A stretch of DNA of 64,000 bases from an uncultured virus (IMG/VR IMGVR_UViG_3300008113_011532) (IMGVR_UViG_3300008113_011532); one strand, 5' to 3'. Shown: positions 48,893 to 58,318, counted from the first letter of the stretch. Translations and numbers: made by a program. Notes: generated by a model from the sequence alone, not told the origin.

Positions 48893-49207
48893 ATGAAAAG
48901 CATAATCGACGCACTACTGAAGAAGGGCGAGAAGCCAGAGCCGAAGAAGACATTCCCGCCGCAGGATATAATCTTCAACGTCGGAAACTTCAACATCTGG
49001 TTCAACAGCCCGGACAACGGCGCCACTTACGCCAATCCCGGGATATTCAAGAGAGCGGACAAGCTCTCCGAGTCGCACGTCGACGAGTACCTGAAGAACT
49101 GCTACGGGCTTGAGAACGGCGCGTTCCTTTTCTCGAAGCCTTTCGTCGAGATGAAGTCGGACTTCCTGAAAGAGATAAAGCAAGACTGGTCAAACCAAAA
49201 CAAATAG
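48893..49207 (+). CDS. Hypothetical protein
   Basis: ORF in operon. Confidence 0.5.
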   Translation: MKSIIDALLKKGEKPEPKKTFPPQDIIFNVGNFNIWFNSPDNGATYANPGIFKRADKLSESHVDEYLKNCYGLENGAFLFSKPFVEMKSDFLKEIKQDWSNQNK

Positions 49208-49209
49208 AC

Positions 49210-49572
49210 ATGTACTGCATCTGCTGCAAGCAAGACAAAGTCACACCGCACGACGCTCTCCTGGACGGGCAACTCGACGAAAGATCCGAGGAGGACATGC
49301 TGTGGAGGGAGGAGCACCGAAACGGGAAGACGCTCACAGTCGACAACGAGATGGTCAACGGCGGCATCGTGCAGATACTGCACGCAGGCTTCGGCTCCGC
49401 ACACGACACAGACAGCTTCATCATCGCCATATGCGACAGCTGCATAGCCGAGAACCTAGAGGACGCGACGCTGCTGCTGTTCAGGAGCGGGCACTGGAAC
49501 GAGCCGGAGAAGCACGTAAACGAGTCAAAGAAGAAGTACAGAAGAAGAAAGAACCTAGACCGACTAATATGA
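49210..49572 (+). CDS. Hypothetical Zn-binding protein
   Basis: CICC ... CDSC; C-terminal RKNLDRLI. Confidence 0.55.
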   Translation: MYCICCKQDKVTPHDALLDGQLDERSEEDMLWREEHRNGKTLTVDNEMVNGGIVQILHAGFGSAHDTDSFIIAICDSCIAENLEDATLLLFRSGHWNEPEKHVNESKKKYRRRKNLDRLI

Positions 49573-49895
49573 AAGTAATACCGCTGAAAAACGTAACCCT
49601 TTTCGTTCTCGAGACGGTCGAGCCGATAGGTCGAGAGAATATGTCGATTGAAATCTGCAGGACATGCGGCCAGGAGATAGTCGTCTACGCAAAATTCTAC
49701 GCAGACGGCAAAGGACAGATCTTCACCGAGGAGCAACTAGACGACTTCATAGACCAGCCGGAAATACCGAGCTGGTGGCTGAACACCTATAACTCCATGG
49801 TAAATGCAAGGAAAGAGATGCAGAAGCACCTCAGGGAAAAAAGAATCGACAACCTGCTGAAAAAAGACGATCCGGAGGAGTTCATGTGGGCCTAG
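49569..49895 (+). CDS. Hypothetical protein
   Basis: Coupled start MKVIPL; REKRIDNLL motif. Confidence 0.55.
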   Translation: MKVIPLKNVTLFVLETVEPIGRENMSIEICRTCGQEIVVYAKFYADGKGQIFTEEQLDDFIDQPEIPSWWLNTYNSMVNARKEMQKHLREKRIDNLLKKDDPEEFMWA

Positions 49896-50698
49896 CCCTT
49901 CGCGGCGGCGAACATTCTAGCCAGCCTCTTCCTTGACTCGAAGCCTAGCCTGTGATCGTCGCAGAAACTCTTGAAGTCCGAAATCACCGACTTTGGAACA
50001 ACCGCGTCGAAGTCTTCCGAAACCACCTTCACACCAACCTTGAACAGGAAGGTTATCCTCCTAAGTCTTATGAATTTAGCGGTAGCATTCGGTATGAACT
50101 TCTTCCACTTCTGGTAAATCGGGTCTGTCGAGGTCAGGATAAGCTTTTTAGGAGTGGCCCTTCCTGCCGACATTGACGCCGAAGGCTTGGAGTAGTAGCT
50201 ATCGAACTCGAGCACGGCCACTCCGTCGGCAACGGTCTCTATATTCTCGACGTGCTCGAGAATCTCACCGATCTGCTCCGTTGTAAGATCCGGCGATTTT
50301 CGCTGCCACCAATCAATTGCAGCCCTATTATTGCCACTACCAACCAACATATCGTAGTCCACGACAAGCTCGACCTCCTTCTGCGAGGAAAGCCTCTGTA
50401 TCTTTCTGTCCAGACTCTCGGCCACTCTATCGTTGACCTTGGCACTCAACTCTATCGAGGTGTACGAAACCCCGCCCCTGTTGGTGAAGATCCAACCTTC
50501 GTGCTCCTCATCAAGAAAGTACAGCGACAAATAAGGCTTCACTGTGTGCGTCATGTCGAAGATCTCGTACATCAGCTGGTTCGCGGTCGCAACCTCGTCA
50601 AGCGACTTGTAGTGCTCGAGCAGCTCGGCGGCCTTGTCTGCCACCGCCTTAGCCTGTTCTGCCGAGTATGCCTCAAACATTCTATTGATATGCCTCAT
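49892..50698 (-). CDS. Hypothetical protein (MRHINRMFEAY motif)
   Basis: ORF behind a TATATA motif. Confidence 0.55.
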   Translation of the reverse strand: MRHINRMFEAYSAEQAKAVADKAAELLEHYKSLDEVATANQLMYEIFDMTHTVKPYLSLYFLDEEHEGWIFTNRGGVSYTSIELSAKVNDRVAESLDRKIQRLSSQKEVELVVDYDMLVGSGNNRAAIDWWQRKSPDLTTEQIGEILEHVENIETVADGVAVLEFDSYYSKPSASMSAGRATPKKLILTSTDPIYQKWKKFIPNATAKFIRLRRITFLFKVGVKVVSEDFDAVVPKSVISDFKSFCDDHRLGFESRKRLARMFAAAKG

Positions 50699-50843
50699 AC
50701 TCCTATATATAAAAAACAAAAATCTTTTAGAGGCATATAAAAAACATGAGAAGCATAGGACGTATATTCGGCAGGATTGCCAGGTTCTTCAGCGAGGTGA
50801 ACCGCGCACTAAGAGAGATCAACGAAAAAGGAATGGGACCGAA

Positions 50844-51338
50844 ATGAAGAAGAAGAATGAGAAGAAGATCGCGAAGGCGGTCGTAAAGCAAATGAAAAAC
50901 TACGCGGGTAAAGTGGACACTCAGTTAAAAAAAGCCGAGGTCGTCACCTTCAGGGCTCCACACGACGAGGAGTCCAGCAAGTCGATACTGTCATTCATCA
51001 GCCGGATTGCGGAACAGCCGGGAGTGCTCATTGACGTAAGGGACGAGAGAATATACTTCTCGTGCAGGGACGTGAAGAACATCAAGACCGGCCAGAACTC
51101 CGGATACAACGACGACAGGTACATGGAAATCGAGATAGACGAAGAGGGCTTCTGCATTACGTACGGGCACACGGGAAGGCACTACTTCGAGGACAAATCT
51201 ATGCTCGGCACCGTGATGAAGCAGCTCGAGCAGACAATCAACCAGAAGAACAAGTCATACCTGTCGGACACGATAGATAAAATCTACAGCGAGTCGGGCC
51301 TCATCAGGGAAAACAACCTCGACGAGCTTTTCAAATAA
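50844..51338 (+). CDS. Hypothetical protein
   Basis: C-terminal RENNLDELF motif. Confidence 0.55.
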   Translation: MKKKNEKKIAKAVVKQMKNYAGKVDTQLKKAEVVTFRAPHDEESSKSILSFISRIAEQPGVLIDVRDERIYFSCRDVKNIKTGQNSGYNDDRYMEIEIDEEGFCITYGHTGRHYFEDKSMLGTVMKQLEQTINQKNKSYLSDTIDKIYSESGLIRENNLDELFK

Positions 51339-51348
51339 AAAAAGTAAG

Positions 51349-51567
51349 ATGGAAAAGAAACCATTGAGAAACGGTGGCATAATCACCAAAAACGAGTACG
51401 TTGGAAAGACGTACGAAGACGCTAGAACATACGCCGAAGAGGGCGGATTCACGACCAGGATAGTCGAGGAAGACGGGAAAACCTTCATGCTGGAGTACAG
51501 CGTAAACGCAAGGAGGCTGAACTTCAGGATCTCGAACAACATCGTGACCGACGTCTTCGGCGGATAA
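51349..51567 (+). CDS. Small protein resembling the I78/potato-inhibitor fold
   Basis: YVGKTYEDA ... MLEYSVNARRLNFRISNNIVTDVFGG. Confidence 0.5.
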   Translation: MEKKPLRNGGIITKNEYVGKTYEDARTYAEEGGFTTRIVEEDGKTFMLEYSVNARRLNFRISNNIVTDVFGG

Positions 51568-51580
51568 AAATCAGTAAATA

Positions 51581-52426
51581 ATGAGCAAGAAAAACTCAAA
51601 CAACAAAAACACTCTGACCGACGTTGAGGTGGCGAAGAAGCTGATCAACATCTACCAGAGCGCGCAGGACAGGAAGCTGGACTTCAACCTGGGCTTTGAC
51701 TACGTCAAGAAGCTCCTGGAGTTCAAGCAGTGCTACTACACCGGAACGCCCTTCACCGAGGACGGCGTGAACGCCAGGTCCTTCGACCGCATAGACTCCG
51801 ACAAAGGATACGTCGAGGGCAACGTGGTGGCGTGCACCGTCGACATAAACGGGAAGAAGTCGAACCTCTCCTTCTCGGAGATCGACTGCCTGCACTCTAA
51901 GCTAGCAAAGCTCAACGCCAACAGGAAGAAGAAGATGCCGAAGATACTCATAATAGGTAACGCAAGGCACGGAAAGGACACGTTGGCTGAGCTGTTCAAC
52001 AAGCACTTCGGGATGACCTTCAAGTCCTCCTCGCACGCGGCGAACGAGCTGTTCATCTTCGACGAGCTGAAGGCCGAGTTCGGCTACAAGACGCTCGAGC
52101 AGTGCTTCGAGGACAGAGTCAACCACAGGGAGAAGTGGTACCATATGGTGCGCGACTTCAACGATCCGGACAGGGCAAGGCTAGCGAAGGAGATAACGGC
52201 GATGGCGGACTGCTACGTCGGAATGAGGGACCACGACGAGTTCATGGCGTCTAAGGACCTTTTCGACCTGATCATCTACGTAGACGCGAGCGACAGGGAG
52301 GCCAAAGAGGTCGGATCCTTCAACATCGAGAAGGACGAGGCGGACCTAATCATCACGAACAACACCAACCTTCAGGACTTCGAGAGCAAGGCGATAAAGC
52401 TAGGAAAGCTGCTCTTCAACTTCTAG
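51581..52426 (+). CDS. Fusion of an HNH/endonuclease-VII-like domain and a dNMP kinase-like P-loop domain
   Basis: CYYTG..SFDRIDSDKGYVEGNVVAC..IN.KK followed by IIGNARHGKDT. Confidence 0.7.
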   Translation: MSKKNSNNKNTLTDVEVAKKLINIYQSAQDRKLDFNLGFDYVKKLLEFKQCYYTGTPFTEDGVNARSFDRIDSDKGYVEGNVVACTVDINGKKSNLSFSEIDCLHSKLAKLNANRKKKMPKILIIGNARHGKDTLAELFNKHFGMTFKSSSHAANELFIFDELKAEFGYKTLEQCFEDRVNHREKWYHMVRDFNDPDRARLAKEITAMADCYVGMRDHDEFMASKDLFDLIIYVDASDREAKEVGSFNIEKDEADLIITNNTNLQDFESKAIKLGKLLFNF

Positions 52427-52487
52427 CAAACAAAAGGACCGGCCAAAAAAGCCGGTTTTTTTTTCACCGTATTTTATATATACGGGC

Positions 52488-54278
52488 ATGAGTTCGAAAT
52501 TCTGCAACAAAACACTTCTCAACATAGTAATGACCTTGTCGTTCTCGTTCGTGTTCGCACTGACGAAATTCGTCGTTATGACAGACACCGTAAGTGAAGG
52601 GCCTATTACGAAGACGATCGAGATCACCAGCTTCATAATGATGCTTCCGTTCTTCTACAGGATGGTGAGGCAGTACCTCAGGAGAACTGACGAGATAAAC
52701 CTGCTCAACGCATACACGACAAAGCTCAACAAAACGCTTATTGACCAGTCACACAACCCGTTGTTCTACGAGGGCGACCTGGAGGAAGGCGCCAGGATAC
52801 TCACAAGGGACGTAGTCGAGAACCTTAGAATCGACAGGTGCAGCATATGGCTCTTCAACGACGACGGCGACGCGATAGACCTCGAGATGCTCTACGAGGA
52901 CTCGACGCGTAGGTGGTCCACTGGAGGCAGACTCGACTACAATACACACCCCAACTACTTCATAGAGATACGAAAGAACCCAGTCGTCGTAGCAAACGAC
53001 GCAGAGTCGCACCCCGCGACGGCGTGCTTCACAGAGTCTTATCTCAGGCCAATCGGCATAAAGTCGATGCTCGACGTTCCGATCCTCTTCAGAGGAGTGA
53101 CAATAGGCGTAATCTGCATTGAGAGCCTGACAAAAAGAGAATGGATAGACGCCGAGATAAACTTCGCACAGGTGCTATCATCGCTTTACTCATTCGCGTG
53201 GTCAATCGCCGACGGCAACGACATAAAGAAGAACCTGCTCGAGATTGAGAACTTCATGGACACCGCGGTGCTCGTTTCCAAGACCGACGAGTACGGAAGG
53301 ATCGTGTACGTGAACGACAAGTTCACCGCGGTATCCGGCTGGACAGTACAGGAGGCCATAGGTCAGGACCACCGAATACTAAACTCCGGCGTGCACAGCA
53401 AGGACTTCTGGAAGGAGATGTACGACGTGACCATAAACAAAAGACAGATATGGAACGCCGTCATCACCAACAAAAACAAGAACGGCAAAATCTACTACGT
53501 AGACACATACATAAAAGCAGACTTCGATCCAGAGACCGGAGTACACAAAGGACACACGTCAATAAGGCAAGACGTGACAAAGATCATAGAGGCATCGATC
53601 GAGATAGAGAAGAAGAACACCTACCTCGAGCACGCCGCCAAGATACTGAGACACGACATGCACTCCGGAATAAACACTTACATACCGAAAGGAGTTTCAA
53701 TGCTCACGAAGATGCTGCCACCTGAAATAGTGAAGCAGTACAAGCTCGAGTCAGGCGTTAAACTCATCACCGAGGGGCTCAGGCACACACAGAAGGTCTA
53801 CAAAGGCGTCTACGAGTTCACGAACCTCGTAAAGAAGGACAGAGTGCTCGAGAAACAGAGCCACAGCGTACACGACATACTCAAAAACTACCTTCAGTCC
53901 ACAATCTACAACGACGCGGTCGACATATCCAACGAACTTCCGACCATAGAGGTCAACGAGTCGCTCTTCTGCACGGCGATAGACAACCTGATAAGGAACG
54001 GCCTGAAGTACAACGACAGCGCCAAGAGGATCGTGAAGATATACCACGACGGCGGCGACACCATAGTCGTGCAGGACAACGGCCGCGGCCTCACACAGCA
54101 GGAATTCGAACTATACTCAAAACCATACACGCGAAAGGCGGACCAGAAGGAATCGGGCACGGGCCTGGGCCTCAACATCTGCATAGCGATACTAAAGGAA
54201 CACGACTTCACGGTAACGTGCGAGAAAGCTGAAGAAGGCGGTACCAAGATAAAAATTAAGTACAAGGGAAATGATTGA
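52488..54278 (+). CDS. Membrane sensor histidine kinase (TM-GAF-PAS-HisKA-HATPase)
   Basis: GAF (SMLDVPI..GVIC), PAS (YVNDKF..SG), LRHD, NLIRNG, DNGRG and GTGLGL motifs. Confidence 0.9.
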   Translation: MSSKFCNKTLLNIVMTLSFSFVFALTKFVVMTDTVSEGPITKTIEITSFIMMLPFFYRMVRQYLRRTDEINLLNAYTTKLNKTLIDQSHNPLFYEGDLEEGARILTRDVVENLRIDRCSIWLFNDDGDAIDLEMLYEDSTRRWSTGGRLDYNTHPNYFIEIRKNPVVVANDAESHPATACFTESYLRPIGIKSMLDVPILFRGVTIGVICIESLTKREWIDAEINFAQVLSSLYSFAWSIADGNDIKKNLLEIENFMDTAVLVSKTDEYGRIVYVNDKFTAVSGWTVQEAIGQDHRILNSGVHSKDFWKEMYDVTINKRQIWNAVITNKNKNGKIYYVDTYIKADFDPETGVHKGHTSIRQDVTKIIEASIEIEKKNTYLEHAAKILRHDMHSGINTYIPKGVSMLTKMLPPEIVKQYKLESGVKLITEGLRHTQKVYKGVYEFTNLVKKDRVLEKQSHSVHDILKNYLQSTIYNDAVDISNELPTIEVNESLFCTAIDNLIRNGLKYNDSAKRIVKIYHDGGDTIVVQDNGRGLTQQEFELYSKPYTRKADQKESGTGLGLNICIAILKEHDFTVTCEKAEEGGTKIKIKYKGND

Positions 54279-54702
54279 TTCAATTCTACTGGTGGACGAC
54301 GAGTCCCTATTCCAGGTGGTATTCGACTACTCCTGCAGCCTACTGGACATATCACTCACGCTCGAGTGCATATCGAGCTCAGACGAGGCAGCTGACAGGT
54401 TCGCGGAGTGGATGAAGAACCCGGCAGGAAGGCCTGTCTGCGTCTTCGTCGACCTGAACATCGTCGGCTCGACGTTCGACGGCATAGAGCTAGTGAGGAA
54501 GATCAACGAGGACTACGGAAACCACGTCGTCATCGGAATAGTATCATCGTCAAACGAGCCGGCAGAGCAACAAAGGGCCATGGAGGCAGGCGCGCAGTTC
54601 TGGATTATAAAGAGCGACGACATCGAGCCGAGGCTTCTGGAGTTCAAGAACGACTACGAGGGCTACGTAGACAGGACGCTACCGTTCAAGATATATAAGT
54701 AA
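54271..54702 (+). CDS. Single-domain response regulator (receiver)
   Basis: ILLVDD, FVDLN, DG, VSSS and GAQFWIIK motifs. Confidence 0.9.
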   Translation: MIDSILLVDDESLFQVVFDYSCSLLDISLTLECISSSDEAADRFAEWMKNPAGRPVCVFVDLNIVGSTFDGIELVRKINEDYGNHVVIGIVSSSNEPAEQQRAMEAGAQFWIIKSDDIEPRLLEFKNDYEGYVDRTLPFKIYK

Positions 54703-55379
54703 TGAAACCCTGCACCGATACCAAGAAGGACCTGATAAGGCTAGCTAACGAGAAGAAGATATACCTCGAGGGCAGCATACTTAAGCTGCTGGACGCGGGC
54801 GACGACGCCGAATTCGCGGAGTACCTCAAAACTGCAAACGAGAAAGACAAGGAGAAGCGAAGGAGAGGCCTTGAGATAACCAAGGAGTTTCAGAGGAAGA
54901 ACCTTGAGCTCGAGGCGGCGGCGAAGGAGAACGAGAGGCTGATGGAGGAGGTTAGGACATCTCTACAGGAGACAGAGAACGACAGGCTGAAGATAGAGGC
55001 GCAGAACACAGAGCTTCTTAGCTGGAAGGAGGAGAACGAGAGGATAAGCGAGGAGCTACAAGACGCACTCGACGAGGCAGAGAGGGCCAGAAAGGACGCG
55101 GTCAACGCGAAGGAGGCAGCGGAGAACGACCTGGACCTTCTGCAGAAGAAGACGCAGTTCGAGCTCATCGGCTCGATAGTAAGAGTGGCACTTTGGATAA
55201 TAATGGGCGTTGGCGTCGCGACGACGCTGCTCTACATCGGCGCGATATTCTTCGGAAAGGACACACACATCATAGGGCCGGCGTGGTCCAACCTGATAAG
55301 CATACTACTCACCAACGCCTTCTCGATAGTCGGAACGATTATGGGCGTAAAGTACGCGACAGAGCGTGAAAAAAAGTGA
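54702..55379 (+). CDS. Coiled-coil protein with two C-terminal TM helices, coupled to the two-component genes
   Basis: Overlapping start; heptad-rich region; hydrophobic C-terminus. Confidence 0.7.
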   Translation: MKPCTDTKKDLIRLANEKKIYLEGSILKLLDAGDDAEFAEYLKTANEKDKEKRRRGLEITKEFQRKNLELEAAAKENERLMEEVRTSLQETENDRLKIEAQNTELLSWKEENERISEELQDALDEAERARKDAVNAKEAAENDLDLLQKKTQFELIGSIVRVALWIIMGVGVATTLLYIGAIFFGKDTHIIGPAWSNLISILLTNAFSIVGTIMGVKYATEREKK

Positions 55380-55420
55380 GAACCGAAAGGTAATATATAC
55401 AAAAAAAAAAGTTTTCGAAT

Positions 55421-56317
55421 ATGAACGACGAACAAAATGAAAATATTGGTTCAAACCCATTAAGTAGATTGAGTCAGTTGTTAAGTGATGTACCAACGCT
55501 TTTAGATGAGATAATAACATTCGCATCTACAGAAGAAGGTAGAAAAACACTTAAATCCGGACTGGAAGACGCAGGCGGTCCAGATGACGATAAAGTAGAC
55601 ATCGACACAAATTGTACGGCAACGAAAGTCATAAAAACTCTACAGGCAACACAAAACGTAGTTTATATAGGAAACACGACAAAGATTGCAATACAGGGAT
55701 CAGAAGGTGACAAATTCGACGGACCACTTTACGATGGTGCCAAAAACGGAAAAGTTAGTGCGAACATATGGGTTGCCGGAAAAAGCGAACCAACACACAT
55801 CATCGATGGACACCACAGATGGAGCGCGATTTCTATGCTGAATCCTGATACAGAGATTACAGGGATGATTTGGATAAAACTGGAACCAAACGTGGCACTT
55901 GCATTTTTGACAGCCGCACTTAGAGCTAGAGAATCAAAAGATCAAGGACAAGGCGCACCTACTGGCAACGTAACGCCAGTAAAAGGAAACTGCAAACCCG
56001 ATGTAATACTTCAAGAGTTGAACAAGTTAGGAGAAGATAGAGCCAGTGCCTTCATCAACAAATACAAATCAGACTTCAACGTAGAAGGTGAGGTTGTAGA
56101 AAAACTAGCATCAAACCTAGCAACAATCCAGGGAAATATACCTGCAAATGCACCAAAAAGAGAGCTAATGCCACAATTAGGATTCCATAAGACTGATTTG
56201 AACCTCGAAGACGAGACTATCGACATGCTAACTAAAGGGGAGGTTGACGTTAGAGAACCATTTGCAGAGAACACGAAGTGGATCAAGACCTACGAGCAGT
56301 TCAGGAACAAAAAATAA
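55421..56317 (+). CDS. ParB/Srx-like domain protein
   Basis: TQ and IIDGHHRW motifs; C-terminal WIKTYEQF motif. Confidence 0.6.
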   Translation: MNDEQNENIGSNPLSRLSQLLSDVPTLLDEIITFASTEEGRKTLKSGLEDAGGPDDDKVDIDTNCTATKVIKTLQATQNVVYIGNTTKIAIQGSEGDKFDGPLYDGAKNGKVSANIWVAGKSEPTHIIDGHHRWSAISMLNPDTEITGMIWIKLEPNVALAFLTAALRARESKDQGQGAPTGNVTPVKGNCKPDVILQELNKLGEDRASAFINKYKSDFNVEGEVVEKLASNLATIQGNIPANAPKRELMPQLGFHKTDLNLEDETIDMLTKGEVDVREPFAENTKWIKTYEQFRNKK

Positions 56318-56411
56318 AAAAAAGAGGAAAATCTTTCACGGAATACAAAACTTAGCTATATTTGTATCGTAAAAGAAAAAACGAAAGACAACAACTCTAA
56401 TATATACAACA

Positions 56412-56531
56412 ATGACAACGAACAGCAAACATAAGCATTTTAGTAAATCAAGCAAGTGGTTTAGCAAAAAACCCGAACTTGGTACTGGCAAAGTATTGCG
56501 TTTGTTCTCAGAGGATCTTACGACCATATAG
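56412..56531 (+). CDS. Attenuator leader peptide 3 (MTTNSKHKHFSKSSKWFSKKPELGTGKVLRLFSEDLTTI)
   Basis: K/H/F/W block matches the downstream His/Phe/Lys/Trp tRNAs; gaacttgg pairs with the terminator arm ccaagttc. Confidence 0.85.
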   Translation: MTTNSKHKHFSKSSKWFSKKPELGTGKVLRLFSEDLTTI

Positions 56532-56550
56532 ACAAAACAATAAAAGACAG

Positions 56551-56586
56551 AAACCCAAGTTCACGAGACTTGGGTTTTTTTGTTTT
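56551..56586 (+). terminator. Attenuator terminator 3
   Basis: aaacccaagtt-cacga-gacttgggttt plus U-tract. Confidence 0.85.
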
Positions 56587-56592
56587 ACACAT

Positions 56593-56665
56593 GGTGTGTG
56601 TAGCTCAGAGGCAGAGCGCTGGTTTGTGAAGCCAGAGGCCGGGATTTCGAAACTCCTCACGCACC
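56593..56665 (+). tRNA. tRNA-His(GTG)
   Basis: ctggt-ttGTGaa-gccag; G-1 and C73. Confidence 0.85.
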
Positions 56666-56676
56666 CAACATAACAA

Positions 56677-56752
56677 GGAGCTGTGGCAGATGTGGTCATT
56701 GCGCTGGACTGAAAATTCAGAGGAACGGGATCGTAACCCGTCGGCTCCACCA
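56677..56752 (+). tRNA. tRNA-Phe(GAA)
   Basis: ctgga-ctGAAaa-ttcag; encoded CCA. Confidence 0.85.
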
Positions 56753-56756
56753 AAAT

Positions 56757-56828
56757 TGCCTTGTAGCTGAGCGGTAAAGCACCTGACTCTTAATCAGGGG
56801 ATCGCAGGTTCAATCCCTGCCGGGGCAA
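56757..56828 (+). tRNA. tRNA-Lys(CTT)
   Basis: cctga-ctCTTaa-tcagg. Confidence 0.9.
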
Positions 56829-56840
56829 CAAAAAATACAA

Positions 56841-56913
56841 GCGTCGTTGGTGTAACGGCTTAGCATCTCTGGCTCCAACCCAGAGGGTCAGGGTTCGAAT
56901 CCTTGGCGGCGCG
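56841..56913 (+). tRNA. tRNA-Trp(CCA)
   Basis: tctgg-ctCCAac-ccaga. Confidence 0.88.
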
Positions 56914-56921
56914 CAAAATAT

Positions 56922-56996
56922 GACTTCGTAGCTCAGTTGGTTCAGAGCACTCCACTTTTAATGGAGGGGTCGTGGGTTCGAGCCCCACCGGGGTCA
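56922..56996 (+). tRNA. tRNA-Lys(TTT)
   Basis: ctcca-ctTTTaa-tggag. Confidence 0.9.
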
Positions 56997-56998
56997 CT

Positions 56999-57072
56999 GT
57001 GTCGGTAGCTCAGTCGGTCAGAGCGCTGGTTTGTGGAACCAGAGGTCGCGGGTTCAAGTCCCGTTCGACACC
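56999..57072 (+). tRNA. tRNA-His(GTG), second copy
   Basis: ctggt-ttGTGga-accag. Confidence 0.85.
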
Positions 57073-57077
57073 GAAAC

Positions 57078-57114
57078 GTGGATGTAGCTCAGCAGTTAGT
57101 GCACGAGATTGAAA
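57078..57114 (+). pseudogene. 5' half of a tRNA-Phe(GAA), truncated at the anticodon
   Basis: gtggatg-ta-gctc..gtgc-a-cgaga-ttGAAa followed by A-rich sequence. Confidence 0.55.
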
Positions 57115-57163
57115 TAAAAACAAAGAAGCACATAAAGCGTATAAAACAAAAAAAGAACGACAT

Positions 57164-57784
57164 ATGCTAATAAGGTTTCAAGACATAGTAAACAAATACG
57201 GGAAACCGAAAGGAATAATACACATAGGCGCACACCTAATGGAAGAAAGGACCGACTATATATCCTACGGACTATTCAACACCATCTGGGTAGAGGCAAA
57301 TCCGAGAGTCTTCGAATCAATAAGCTATGTCAACAACTTCGACTCGGAGGAAAAGGCTTTCAATTTCGCAATCTCGGACAAAGACGGCGAGACCGTGAAA
57401 CTGAACGTCACCAACAACGGCCAATCATCTTCAATACTCGAGTTGGAAAAGCACAAAATCCACCATCCGACAATCTTTGTAAGCGACGTGATTGAAGTAA
57501 AGACCAAAAGAATGGAAACTCTAATACAGGAAAACGGAATTAAAATTGAAAACTACGACTTCCTGAACATAGACATACAGGGTGCAGAACTTCTGGCACT
57601 CAAAGGCTTCGGCGAAATGCTGAATAGCATTTCGAGGATATACATAGAAATCAACACCAACGAACTGTACAAAGGATGTCCACTCGTTGGCGAGATTGAC
57701 GAATACCTAAGCAAATTTGGATTCCACAGGGCAGAAACCGCACTTACCGAGTTCGAATGGGGAGATGCTCTTTACATAAAGTGA
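57164..57784 (+). CDS. FkbM-family methyltransferase
   Basis: HIGAH, VEANP, SSSIL and NIDIQGAELLALKG motifs. Confidence 0.9.
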   Translation: MLIRFQDIVNKYGKPKGIIHIGAHLMEERTDYISYGLFNTIWVEANPRVFESISYVNNFDSEEKAFNFAISDKDGETVKLNVTNNGQSSSILELEKHKIHHPTIFVSDVIEVKTKRMETLIQENGIKIENYDFLNIDIQGAELLALKGFGEMLNSISRIYIEINTNELYKGCPLVGEIDEYLSKFGFHRAETALTEFEWGDALYIK

Positions 57785-58005
57785 TGAACCGGATCGACCT
57801 GCACGGAACAAAACACACCGAAGTACAGCAGAGACTCGACCAGTTCTACTGGGAGGCAATGCAACGCGGGCACTTCGAAGTCGAAGTCGTTACCGGTATA
57901 AGCGCCAGGATGAAGGAAATAGTGAGGAATGTTTCAAAGGACTACAACTTCAATGTCGAGGAAATACCACTGAATCCAGGATCGCTAATCGTTAGAATAA
58001 AATGA
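57784..58005 (+). CDS. Stand-alone Smr-domain protein
   Basis: IDLHG...EVVTG...NPGSLIV. Confidence 0.7.
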   Translation: MNRIDLHGTKHTEVQQRLDQFYWEAMQRGHFEVEVVTGISARMKEIVRNVSKDYNFNVEEIPLNPGSLIVRIK

Positions 58006-58184
58006 TGGAAATACTTAAGATAGAGGATTACAAATACTCGATAATCTACACAATGAACGAGGGTAAAGCCGAAGTACACAAACGAAAAGATGACGGCACC
58101 TGGCAGTCACTCAGAAACGGTAAGTGGATCGAAACAAAGGACTTTGCGGACATCGAGAAGGCACTTAAAACCAATAAAAAATAA
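58002..58184 (+). CDS. Small hypothetical protein
   Basis: Coupled 60 aa ORF. Confidence 0.5.
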   Translation: MMEILKIEDYKYSIIYTMNEGKAEVHKRKDDGTWQSLRNGKWIETKDFADIEKALKTNKK

Positions 58185-58190
58185 GAAAAG

Positions 58191-58318
58191 TAGGGAGTAG
58201 CTCAGCTGGTAGAGCACGTACAATACTCGTTTATGACTTTGCCTCGCAAGAGTGCCGAATAGAAGAGTTACTTCGGCTGTTAACCGCGTGGTCGCAGGTT
58301 CGAATCCTGTCTCCCTAC
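58191..58318 (+). ncRNA. tRNA-Asn(GTT)-like RNA with a 55-nt insertion in the anticodon stem (possible permuted Y/YrlA-like RNA)
   Basis: Acceptor tagggag/ctcccta with canonical D and T arms; removing 58219-58273 gives cgcgg-ctGTTaa-ccgcg. Confidence 0.7.
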
